The notes beneath the pieces are model-generated. The model saw only the letters and a list, made by a program, of their open reading frames with translations, did no database searches and was not told where the DNA came from. A stretch of 57,235 nt of DNA, from the NCBI GenBank assembly GCA_002869335.1, contig PKTE01000057.1, positions 1 to 57,235 of the forward strand, in the 5' to 3' direction. This document shows, piece by piece, positions 48,050 through 57,235 of this stretch. Origin of the DNA: Salinivirgaceae bacterium. Its GTDB lineage: Bacteria; Bacteroidota; Bacteroidia; Bacteroidales; Salinivirgaceae. Position 1 is the stretch's first letter. Every line of letters begins with the position of its first letter. A program made the position numbers and the translations under genes.

Positions 48050-50116
48050 TCAATTCGAGACAGAAAAATAAAAAGTACTTCCTTTGCCAATCTCACTCTC
48101 AACCCAAAGCTTACCGCCCAATAATTCAACAATGTTTTTACTAATAGCTAAACCAAGACCAGCTCCCCGGTAAATTCTAGTAGTATCTTCTTCAACTTTA
48201 ATAAACCGATCAAAAATGTAATCTATTTGATTTTGGTTCATCCCAATTCCTGTGTCTTTTATAAAAAAAGTAATCTTTGGCCCATCTTTTTTTTCCTCTC
48301 GTAACCCCAATGTCACACTGCCTTCTTCTGTAAATTTAAAGGCATTATCAATCAAATTAATTATAACTTGTTGCAATCGAAAAGGATCAGTATTTAATTT
48401 GATTTCTTCGTTGGGCAAGTCAATTTTTAAGTCCACACTTTCCTTTTGCAATCTAATTCTTTTCTCATCATAAATAGGGATAAGCCTGTCAACAATCTCA
48501 TTTACAGAAACATTCTCCTTGTTTATTGACAACTGCCCAGACTCAATTTTTGCGATATCAAAAATGTCGTCTATTAATTTCAAAAGTGTCTCTGTGCTAT
48601 TATTCATGTGAGCGAACATTTCATTTTTCACCTCCTGCTCCACATCAGGGTCTGCCAGCAAATCAGCAAATCCAATTATAGCATTAAGTGGTGTACGAAT
48701 CTCATGTGACATATTTGTTAAAAATGCAGATTTCAATCGATCTGACTCTTCTGCCTTTTCTTTAGCTGTTTCTAATTCTTTAGTCCGGTCCTTAACAAGA
48801 CTCTCTAAATTATTTCTATGCTTTTCAAGTTCTTCTTTTTGTGTAAAAAGCACCTCATTTGTTGATGATAATTCTTCGTAAAGCTGCTGAATTTCTTCAT
48901 TTTGCTCCTTCATCCTTTTATTCTTTTTCTCGATACTCTGCGATTTTTCGAACAATATCTTATTGGTCTTAGATTTTTGAATCCAGCCACGGATAATTAA
49001 AACCAAAGAAATGATCAGCAATAAAACACCAAGAATTAAGGAATTGCGAATAACTTTTTGCCTTTTCAATTCCTCCTCCTGCAACAACCTGGAGGCTTCA
49101 CGCTCTTTTTCGTATTTATAATGATATTCAAGGCCAATGGTTTTTTCCAAATCCTTTTTGCTATAAATACTATCGTTAAGCACTTTATGTTTCTTATGGC
49201 TTTGATAGGCTTCTTTATATTTTTCCAGCTTTTCATATATTTTAGCTAGTTGCAAATAGACATCTTTTTGGATGTCGAAATAATCATTATATAAAGCATA
49301 TTCAAGACTTAATTTTGAATATTCAAGAGCGCTTTGATATTCCCCTAGTAAATAATAAACCGAACCAAAATCCTTGTATAAATAGCTTTGACCATAAATA
49401 TCTTCGATTTCAATAGCCAATTGAAGAGCCTTTTGTAAATAATCAATTGCAGAATCATATTTTCCCATGTCTCTATAAACTTCTCCAATATTATTAAGGC
49501 CTATAGCGACACCTCCTCTAATGCCCAGTTTTCTATCTATTTTTAGAGAACGTTTAAAATAGGTTAGCGCATTCTCTAAGTTCTTTTGCTCGTAATAGAT
49601 TACCCCAATATTATTTAGCGCAAATGAAATACCCTGCTGATCATCAAGCTCCTCAAAAACCGTTAATGCTTTGCGATAATATTCTAATGCCTGTTTCTGG
49701 TTTCCCTGATCACTGTATATAACTCCCATACTATTGAGACAATCAGAGATGCCTTTTTTGTAATCAATTTCTTCACTTATTGTCAGGGATTTTTGATAAT
49801 ACTCCAACGCCATTGGATAGTTAGTTTTCATATCGTAATACAACCCCATTAAACGAAAACTTCTGGCCTGACCCTTTTTAAAATTTAGTTTGTTCGATAA
49901 TGCTATGGCTTCTTTTGCCAATAATCTTACAGTATCGGTATTTGACAAATAAATACTATAACCCAATTCATTAAGTAGAATTACTCTCGTAGTATCTTTT
50001 TGGCTATGTTTGGATAAAAGCAATGATAATGAATCCGCCCTCCGATTTTGACCATGAAGTGTGCAAAATAGAAATACAGTAAAAAGAACCAGAACTATTT
50101 GAGAAATAGTCTTCAT
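48050..50116 (-). CDS. TPR-containing sensor histidine kinase (no receiver domain)
   Basis: Signal peptide, TPR repeats, TM helix, coiled coil, FLTNMSHEIRTPLN, NAFKFT, DTGIG, GAGLGLAI. Confidence 0.92.
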   Translation of the reverse strand: MKTISQIVLVLFTVFLFCTLHGQNRRADSLSLLLSKHSQKDTTRVILLNELGYSIYLSNTDTVRLLAKEAIALSNKLNFKKGQARSFRLMGLYYDMKTNYPMALEYYQKSLTISEEIDYKKGISDCLNSMGVIYSDQGNQKQALEYYRKALTVFEELDDQQGISFALNNIGVIYYEQKNLENALTYFKRSLKIDRKLGIRGGVAIGLNNIGEVYRDMGKYDSAIDYLQKALQLAIEIEDIYGQSYLYKDFGSVYYLLGEYQSALEYSKLSLEYALYNDYFDIQKDVYLQLAKIYEKLEKYKEAYQSHKKHKVLNDSIYSKKDLEKTIGLEYHYKYEKEREASRLLQEEELKRQKVIRNSLILGVLLLIISLVLIIRGWIQKSKTNKILFEKSQSIEKKNKRMKEQNEEIQQLYEELSSTNEVLFTQKEELEKHRNNLESLVKDRTKELETAKEKAEESDRLKSAFLTNMSHEIRTPLNAIIGFADLLADPDVEQEVKNEMFAHMNNSTETLLKLIDDIFDIAKIESGQLSINKENVSVNEIVDRLIPIYDEKRIRLQKESVDLKIDLPNEEIKLNTDPFRLQQVIINLIDNAFKFTEEGSVTLGLREEKKDGPKITFFIKDTGIGMNQNQIDYIFDRFIKVEEDTTRIYRGAGLGLAISKNIVELLGGKLWVESEIGKGSTFYFSVSN

Positions 50117-50215
50117 TTAGTTGATTTATATCTTATAAATTTAAGTTTTTTCACTTAAAAACAATAAACCAACTCTCAAAAAAGCTATTTTTACACAGCA
50201 GCAAAAATTATTCAT

Positions 50216-50839
50216 ATGAAAACAAAGAGTTTATTCGCAGTTATTTCTTTTCTTATTTTTTCTTTTTTATTGGGGAATATTGCACTTGCCCAGCCATACA
50301 AATACAATAAAGATCAAAATCTTTATTATGAAAAAGACAATCCAAACAAAAGATATTCAGGAGAATATAAAGTTTACTTCGGAGGAAAAAAACTAAAAAG
50401 AGAAGAGCATTTTAAAAATGGTCATTTAATAAAAAAAATACAATATTTCAGAAATGGAATCATAAGTTATTCATATACCTCAACCGACACAACCAAGCAT
50501 CAATACGATTCAAAGATTTATGATAGAAAAGGAAATATTTATCGCACAGACCAATATGTTTTTGACACAACTCACGGATATACATCCTTTTATCATAAAA
50601 ATGGACAAGTGTTCTCAAATATTAAATATGAATATGGCAATCCCATTTGGGAAAAGCATTATCGAGAAGATGGTTCACTGGAAAAAGAATTGTATTTTTT
50701 AAATTCTGAAATTGAATACGGTTGGCAATACTATTTAGACACGACAATTATTGGAGTTTGGGACAAAAAGAATGAATTCTTTAAGAAAAAGAAGCGTTCA
50801 GAAGTAGATTTCTCTAAAAAGCAACAATGTGAAAATTAA
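50216..50839 (+). CDS. Exported MORN-like repeat protein (YwqK-like)
   Basis: Signal peptide; repeats such as YFRNG, FYHKNGQ, YREDGSL. Confidence 0.6.
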   Translation: MKTKSLFAVISFLIFSFLLGNIALAQPYKYNKDQNLYYEKDNPNKRYSGEYKVYFGGKKLKREEHFKNGHLIKKIQYFRNGIISYSYTSTDTTKHQYDSKIYDRKGNIYRTDQYVFDTTHGYTSFYHKNGQVFSNIKYEYGNPIWEKHYREDGSLEKELYFLNSEIEYGWQYYLDTTIIGVWDKKNEFFKKKKRSEVDFSKKQQCEN

Positions 50840-51360
50840 GCAATCTTTTTCAAAATCTTTCCTGCCCGATTTCTAAAACCGGCACTACCTGTATCAAAAT
50901 TATAATGAAGAATTTCTTTGAGCTCTTGTTGCAGTTCGGGGTATTTTTTAGAAAGGTTGAATACAATTGTCATGCAATGTACACGAACTGCAGCAGGCAT
51001 TTTCGGGTCCTGAAGCCAGGTTAAAGCAGCATCTAATATGTCAGACTCATAGGCTTCGGGAATTTCCATTTTTGAAATGATATTCCCCAACATGCGGCGT
51101 AATGGAACATGTTCCAATTTTGGGAAAAGCCTTGCAATACGATCTTTATATTTTTGAAGCAGTTCTTGATTTAATATACACGCCTCCTCAAAAACCCATG
51201 CCGAACGCCACTTGAGAGGGTCTTGAGCATTATTTAGCCAATCCCAAAGCAAATTAAGTTTTTCGGGGTTTTCAATTACATAATTTACCGCCATGGTTTT
51301 GGTGGTACGGGATAGGTTGTTGATAATTAAATCTTTTAGGTCTCTATCCTGTTTGGGCAT
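50836..51360 (-). CDS. Conserved hypothetical helical (HEAT-like) protein
   Basis: WRSAWVFE, AVRVHCM, YPELQQEL, SAGFRNRAGK pattern. The stop overlaps the convergent gene. Confidence 0.65.
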   Translation of the reverse strand: MPKQDRDLKDLIINNLSRTTKTMAVNYVIENPEKLNLLWDWLNNAQDPLKWRSAWVFEEACILNQELLQKYKDRIARLFPKLEHVPLRRMLGNIISKMEIPEAYESDILDAALTWLQDPKMPAAVRVHCMTIVFNLSKKYPELQQELKEILHYNFDTGSAGFRNRAGKILKKIA

Positions 51361-51378
51361 TGAAAATATATCTTGGTT

Positions 51379-51963
51379 TTACAAACTATATGTCAAACCC
51401 AAAGATACAAAATATGGCTGACCAGTACATAATTCCATATTGGCTCCTAATCGATCAGTCAATTTTGTACGCATTCCTAATAGAATAGTTTGTATTGCGA
51501 TGTCAAAAGGTTTGGTCATCGCAAAGTCTGTGGATAATCTTTCTTCAAAACTGTTGTAATTTGTATAAGCCATATAGTCAACAGCTCCCAATCGCAAACC
51601 AGAATACATTTTAATTTTATAATCTAACGCATAATGAACAAGCCCACGAGCAGTATAGGTATTAATGATATACGTTATTTTAAAGTCATCTTGATTTGAA
51701 CCATAGTTCGAATAATTTAAATACAAAACCTGAGAAGACGCAGCTGCTCCTATACTAAATCTCTTATTTATTTGATAATCATATCCAATAAGAACTACAG
51801 GAAGAGCATTTGTGGAAATTTCATTTACAGCAGAACCAACAAGTAATTCCTCAGCAAAACTATATCCAAAATTAAGTGAAATTGAAGACTTATAATCCTC
51901 TGATTGTGTCAATCCTATTTTAATAATAAAAAGAAAGAAAATAAAAATAGCTGTTTTTTTCAT
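51379..51963 (-). CDS. Small outer-membrane beta-barrel protein (paralog 2)
   Basis: Signal peptide, alternating beta strands, C-terminal VSLGLTYSL. Colinear with 52019..52618. Confidence 0.72.
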   Translation of the reverse strand: MKKTAIFIFFLFIIKIGLTQSEDYKSSISLNFGYSFAEELLVGSAVNEISTNALPVVLIGYDYQINKRFSIGAAASSQVLYLNYSNYGSNQDDFKITYIINTYTARGLVHYALDYKIKMYSGLRLGAVDYMAYTNYNSFEERLSTDFAMTKPFDIAIQTILLGMRTKLTDRLGANMELCTGQPYFVSLGLTYSL

Positions 51964-51976
51964 TTTAGATCATTTT

Positions 51977-52010
51977 AAAAATGGGCAGATCTATTTATAA
52001 ATCTGCCCAT
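51977..52010 (-). terminator. Terminator-like hairpin between the two beta-barrel paralogs
   Basis: atgggcagat / atctgcccat perfect 10-bp stem with a short U-tract on the minus strand. Confidence 0.75.
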
Positions 52011-52018
52011 ATAATTTA

Positions 52019-52618
52019 TTAGAATCTGTAGTTAACTCCTAAAGAAAGGTAGTGTGGTGACCCAACACATACTTCCATGTTTACACCAATATTATTGTTA
52101 AAATAACCGCGCACCCCAAATAGAACTACCTGTGGCGCAGCACCAAAACCCTGACTAATAGACAACTCAGAATCCGCATCATAGTCTGGATTGTCATAAT
52201 CTGTAGAAATACTCCAATTTGTAAAACCCATTCTTACACCTGAATACATGTCTAACTTATCATCATTTCCATAATGAAATAATCCACGGAGGGCGAAGTT
52301 AGTGCGGGTAATCGAAGTCTTAAAACTATCTCCCATACCTTGATAGTCATTATATTCAACTCCCATAAATTGCACAGATCCGGCCACACCAATACTAAAC
52401 CATTTAGCCAAACCATAATCATATGTGGCTTGAAAAGCAGGTAGCGAATATGTATTAAAATCGGTATCGGCAGAAGTTTCGATATTCAAGAGATTTCCTA
52501 CAAGACTAAATCCGGTATTTACAGTTACCGTGCTTTTGTACTCTTCATTTTGAGCAAATACATTGCTTAGTCCAAACAACATAATTGCAATAGCGATAGA
52601 TAATGTTCTCATTTTCAT
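52019..52618 (-). CDS. Small outer-membrane beta-barrel protein (paralog 1)
   Basis: Signal peptide (AQ cleavage), beta strands, C-terminal LSLGVNYRF with terminal Phe. Confidence 0.78.
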   Translation of the reverse strand: MKMRTLSIAIAIMLFGLSNVFAQNEEYKSTVTVNTGFSLVGNLLNIETSADTDFNTYSLPAFQATYDYGLAKWFSIGVAGSVQFMGVEYNDYQGMGDSFKTSITRTNFALRGLFHYGNDDKLDMYSGVRMGFTNWSISTDYDNPDYDADSELSISQGFGAAPQVVLFGVRGYFNNNIGVNMEVCVGSPHYLSLGVNYRF

Positions 52619-52933
52619 TGTTTTGAGTTTAAATAATTGTTAGTAGTTTCAATTTGAATGGGTAAAACTACATAATAATTTTTCAAATTTTCTTTATGAT
52701 TTGTTAATAGGAGTTGGCATTTGATGAAACATAAATATTAGTTTATTAACCGATACTCATTAGGGGAGCAACCTGTCTTCTTTTTAAAGAACAGATAATT
52801 TTTAGGTATGAAGTAATAAATAAATTAAGAGCCTAATTCCATATTCCAAAAAACTGTGTAATTCATAATTTCACAATTATTATGATTTAATAAACAAACA
52901 TGCTAATTTCGCTTTTCTATAACTTTAAGAAAT

Positions 52934-53377
52934 ATGGCAAAAATTAGAATAACCAAAGAGTTTAGCTTCGAAATGGCCCATGCGCTGAGAAATTATGATG
53001 GCCCATGCAGAAACATTCACGGACATTCATACAAATTATTTGTTACTGTTATTGGCAGTCCAATTTCAGATGATGAAAATGCCAAAAATGGCATGCTAAT
53101 GGACTTTGGCCAGTTAAAAAAAATAGTAAATAAAAACATTGTGGATGTATATGACCATGCTGTTGTAGTGTATAAAAATGATGACCGCCTAAGCGAAATG
53201 CAGAAGGTTTTTGAAAATATTATAGCTGCAGATTATCAACCCACTTGCGAAAATATGGTAAGCGACTTTGCTGCTGTCGTCAACAAAGAGTTGCCCGAAG
53301 GATTAACGGTATTTAGCATTCGATTATACGAAACGGCCACCAGCTATGCTGAATGGTATGCAATGGATAATGAGTAA
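52934..53377 (+). CDS. queD: 6-carboxytetrahydropterin synthase (PTPS/QueD family)
   Basis: FEMAHAL, CRNIHGHSY, DFGQLK, PTCEN, LYETATSYAEW. Confidence 0.9.
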   Translation: MAKIRITKEFSFEMAHALRNYDGPCRNIHGHSYKLFVTVIGSPISDDENAKNGMLMDFGQLKKIVNKNIVDVYDHAVVVYKNDDRLSEMQKVFENIIAADYQPTCENMVSDFAAVVNKELPEGLTVFSIRLYETATSYAEWYAMDNE

Positions 53378-53545
53378 TTCCCTGTGTTTTTAGCTATAAT
53401 TTGAATTATATAAAAGTGTACACAAATCAAAATAAATAGAATACAGAATAATCTGTGGTTTATTCTGAATTCTAAATTCTTTTAATAATTAAGATGAACA
53501 CCGCACCTTTAACACATCACAACAAACATTAAGACAACAAAATAC

Positions 53546-56314
53546 ATGACTATGTCTAAACCAAAGCTTTTCCTACTCGACGCTTATGCGTTAATTTACA
53601 GATCATATTTCGCCTTCATTAAAAATCCACGAATTAACAGCAAGGGAATGAATACCTCAGCCTCTTTTGGGTTTATGAATATTCTGAATGAACTACTTAG
53701 AAAAGAAGAACCCGATCACATTGCAGTGGTTTTTGATGTAAATAAGCCCACTTTTAGGCACGAAATGTATAAGGAATACAAGGCTAATCGTGAAAAAATG
53801 CCCGAAGAGTTGCGTGAAAACATTCCTTATATTCGAGATATGATAAAAGCCATGAACATACCCCTTATTGAGCAGGAAGGTTACGAGGCTGATGACGTAA
53901 TTGGAACATTGGCCAAAAGATTAGAAAAAGAAGGCGTGGATGTTTTCATGATGACTCCGGATAAAGATTACGGTCAGTTAGTAAGTCAAAACATCAAAAT
54001 GTACAAGCCAAAACGATTTGGACAAGGCATTGACATATTAGGTGTTGAAGAAATTAATGAAAAATATAAATTAAAAGAACCCACACAACTAATTGATATT
54101 TTGGCGCTATGGGGAGATGCATCAGACAACATACCCGGCGCGCCAGGAATTGGAGAAAAAACCGACATAAAACTAGTTGGCGAATATGGATCAGTTGAAG
54201 GAATTTATGAACACATTGAAGATCTAAAAGGCAAACAAAAAGAGAAACTGATTGAAAATAAAGAACAGGTAATGCTTTCCAAAGAACTGGTTACCATCAA
54301 CATTGATGTGCCTTTGGATCAGGATTATTCTGATTTAGAGCGCAAAGAGCCAAATGCTGAAGCATTAGAGAAAATATTCGACGAGCTCGAATTCAGAAAC
54401 CTAAAAGCACGTGTTATTCCGCAAAAAGCAGCTCCAGCACCAAGTGCTCAGGGATCATTATTTGATGCAATGCCGGAAGAAGAAGAAACCTATTCTGATT
54501 TAGACAGTTTGCAATCCATTGAAACTGATTATAAACTAATCATTACTAAAAAGGACACCGAAGAATTTGCCGAGCTTCTGAAAAAGCAAAAAGCATTCTG
54601 TTTCGACACCGAAACGACCTCGGCAGAACCTATCAAAGCAGAATTAGTAGGCATGTCATTTTCGTGGGAAAAACGAAAAGCATTTTACGTAAGCATTAAG
54701 GGCAACGACTTGGATTTAAACACAATAATTGATCTATTTAAACCAATACTTGAAGACATTGGGGTTGAAATAACTGCACAAAACGCCAAATACGACATGC
54801 TTGTAATGCGCAAATATGGGGTGCAATTAAGCCGCAATCTATTCGACACGATGATTGCCCACTACCTGATTCAACCTGAGTTGCCACACAACATTGACTC
54901 CATTGCAGAACGATATTTACAATACAAAAAAGTAACCACCGAATCGCTAATAGGTAAAAAAGGTAAAAATCAAATCAGCATGGCGCAGCTTAACCCTGAA
55001 AAGGTGAAAGATTATGCCTGCGAAGATGCAGATATCACTTATCAACTTAAGCCCCTCCTTGAAAAAGAACTCGAAGATCATAATCTTACTAAACTTTTCC
55101 AAGAAGTTGAAATGCCTTTAATTAGCGTATTGGCCGACATGGAGTTTTATGGGGTGAAAATTGACAGTGAAGCGCTTAAAAACATTGCCAACGAACTCCG
55201 GGAAGAGTTAATTGAGCTGGAAAAAAACATCCACCAAATGGCAGGAATGGAGTTCAACATTGCCTCACCCAAACAGTTGGGCGAAGTTCTTTTTGAGCGA
55301 TTAAAAATTACAGACAAACCGAAGCGCACTAAAACGAAACAATACGCAACCGGTGAAGATGTACTTTAAAAACTGGCTGACAAACACGAAATTGTGCCTG
55401 CTATTTTGGAATTCAGAGGTTTAAACAAATTACTCAACACATACGTAGAGGCTTTGCCTAAGTTGGTAAACAGTAAAACCGGAAAGATTCACACTTCATA
55501 CAATCAGGCCGTAACAGCCACGGGTCGTTTAAGCAGTACCAACCCGAATTTACAGAATATTCCAATTCGCGACGACAAAGGAAAAATAATGCGAAAGGCA
55601 TTTATACCAAGCGATGACCAGCACATTTTACTGGCAGCGGATTACAGTCAAATTGAGTTGCGCATTATGGCACACCTGAGTGAAGACGAAGCTATGCTAG
55701 AAGCATTCCAAAACGATGAAGACATCCATCAGAGTACGGCAGCCAAACTCTTTAAAGTTAAGCCTGACGAAGTAACACGCGAACAACGTGGTCAAGCAAA
55801 AGGAGCCAACTTTGGAATTATTTATGGTATTTCAGCATTTGGATTGGCACAAAACACAGGCATGTCAAACAAAGATGCTAAAGCACTTATCGACAGCTAC
55901 TTTGAAACCTATCCCAAGGTAAAAGCATACATGGATGCCAGCATTGCCAAAGCACGCGAAGCGGGTTATGCTGAAACTATCATGGGGCGTAAACGGTTTT
56001 TGAAAGACATCAATTCTGCCAATGGTGTTGTTCGGGGAGCAGCAGAACGCAATGCTATCAACGCACCCATTCAGGGCTCATCTGCTGATATGATAAAAGT
56101 GGCTATGGTAAAAATCAATCAGACCATTAGAGAACAGGGCCTCAAAAGTCGCATGATTATGCAGGTACATGATGAGGTTATCATTGATGCTGAAAAAAAT
56201 GAAATTGAAAAAGTAAAAAATATAGTATTGGAATCAATGCAAAAAGCAATTCCTCTTAAAGTGAAAATGAAGGTTGACATGAATACCGGAAATGACTGGC
56301 TAGAAGCACACTAA
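53546..56314 (+). pseudogene. polA: DNA polymerase I interrupted by one in-frame TAA (55367-55369); about 922 codons if read through
   Basis: 5'-3' exonuclease (LLDAYALIYR, EADDVIG), 3'-5' exonuclease (FDTETT), polymerase motifs (ADYSQIELR, AKGANFGIIYG, QVHDE). The two ORFs share a frame (..GTA CTT TAA AAA CTG GCT GAC..). Most likely a functional gene with a sequence error. Confidence 0.9.
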
Positions 56315-56324
56315 CATTAAACAA

Positions 56325-57235
56325 ATGAAAAAAATAATTATTGGTTTATTAGCAATTTTACTGTTCAACATAAACAGTATTGCACAAGAAAAAAATGAAA
56401 CTTCCATCGCGTTCTACAATTTAGAAAATCTATTTGACACCATTGATTCAAATGCCAAGGGTGATTTTGACTGGACTCCAGGTGGAAATAAGATCTGGAA
56501 CACAGAACGCTACACTAAAAAACTAAAAAATCTGGCCTCTGTAATTGAGAAGCTCGATGGAGATGAAAACCTTCCTGGTCCAGACTTATTGGGATTTTGC
56601 GAGGTTGAAAACCGCTCCGTTGTAGAAGACCTCATCAAGACAAGCCCCATTGACAAAGCCAATTACGGAATTGTTCATTATGAGGGATCTGACAAACGAG
56701 GAATCGACGTGGGTTTATTGTACAGAAAAGACAACTTTGAGGTTACCCACAGTAAAAGCTATAAGCTTATTTTTGAAGGAGAAGACTATCATACCCGAGA
56801 ACAACTCATGGTAACCGGGAAACTTTTTGGCGAAAAAGTTAATATAATTGTCAATCACTGGCCTAGCCGTAGAGGAGGTCCGGAAAAAAGTGAATACCGA
56901 AGGGTGCATGCCGCAAAATTAACCAAATCAATTGCCGACTCCATCAAGAATGCTGACCCAAAGGCAAAAATCATCATAATGGGTGATTTTAACGACGATC
57001 CTATTAACAAAAGCATAAGTGAAGTACTAGGAGCCACATCTGACGAAAAAGCCCTTAAAAAAGCTGGATTTTACAATCCGCTCGCTAAAAAACTAACCAA
57101 GACTGAAGGTTCTTTATGTTACAGAGATATTTGGTATTTATTCGATCAGATATTAATTACACCAAACATGATTTCCGGTAAAGGTATTCAATATAATTCA
57201 GCACAATTATTTAACGATGAAAGCATACAGGTTCA
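56325..57235 (+). CDS. Exported endonuclease/exonuclease/phosphatase family protein (partial, runs off the window end)
   Basis: Not in the ORF track; translated by hand: MKKIIIGLLAILLFNINSIAQ...AFYNLENLFDT...GFCEVEN...NHWPSRRGG...IMGDFNDDP. Confidence 0.88.
   Translation, partial: MKKIIIGLLAILLFNINSIAQEKNETSIAFYNLENLFDTIDSNAKGDFDWTPGGNKIWNTERYTKKLKNLASVIEKLDGDENLPGPDLLGFCEVENRSVVEDLIKTSPIDKANYGIVHYEGSDKRGIDVGLLYRKDNFEVTHSKSYKLIFEGEDYHTREQLMVTGKLFGEKVNIIVNHWPSRRGGPEKSEYRRVHAAKLTKSIADSIKNADPKAKIIIMGDFNDDPINKSISEVLGATSDEKALKKAGFYNPLAKKLTKTEGSLCYRDIWYLFDQILITPNMISGKGIQYNSAQLFNDESIQV

Noticed and set aside
50216-51360. Toxin-antitoxin pair (YwqK-like gene plus neighbour)
   Set aside because: The genes are convergent, the MORN-like protein is exported, and no toxin domain is recognisable.
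52619-52933. preQ1 riboswitch upstream of queD
   Set aside because: No recognisable preQ1 stem-loop with an A-rich tail was found by eye. The region is an AT-rich divergent promoter. An Rfam scan would be definitive.

Overview
AT-rich chromosomal segment of a Bacteroidota bacterium, inferred from TAnnTTTG -7 promoter boxes, type IX secretion/gliding genes (porZ, gldH, sprE/porW, porX), T9SS-tagged cargo and a short ATP synthase epsilon subunit. Content is mostly housekeeping: tcdA, tatD, recO, rdgB, a U32 protein plus ferredoxin, an F-type ATP synthase split into atpBEFHAG and atpDC, ilvE, pgk, holB, trmB, mrp, tsaE, queD and polA. I found no rRNA, tRNA, CRISPR array, integrase or transposase. 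Main observations: (1) three full-length genes (O-antigen ligase, MMPL transporter, polA) are each broken by one in-frame stop (TAG, TGA, TAA). These stops and missense changes at conserved motifs (AtpE RQP->RQQ, PolA KTA->KTD) can each be explained by a single G:C->T:A transversion. This points to oxidative-damage/assembly artefact or a mutator lineage, not genetic-code reassignment. (2) A membrane-anchored class III nucleotide cyclase fused to an HD phosphohydrolase lies between a sensor kinase and a universal stress protein, a candidate self-contained cyclic-nucleotide signalling module and the best 'new system' candidate here. (3) A nuclease-less DUF262 (ParB-like) gene sits head-to-head with the ATP synthase operon. 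(4) Two divergent Omp28/CxxC T9SS cargo genes share a 104-bp upstream region that is 89% identical. (5) A REP-like repeat family with a 24-bp module flanks the first gene and has entered the 3' end of tcdA. All calls come from motif recognition by eye; no database searches were run.
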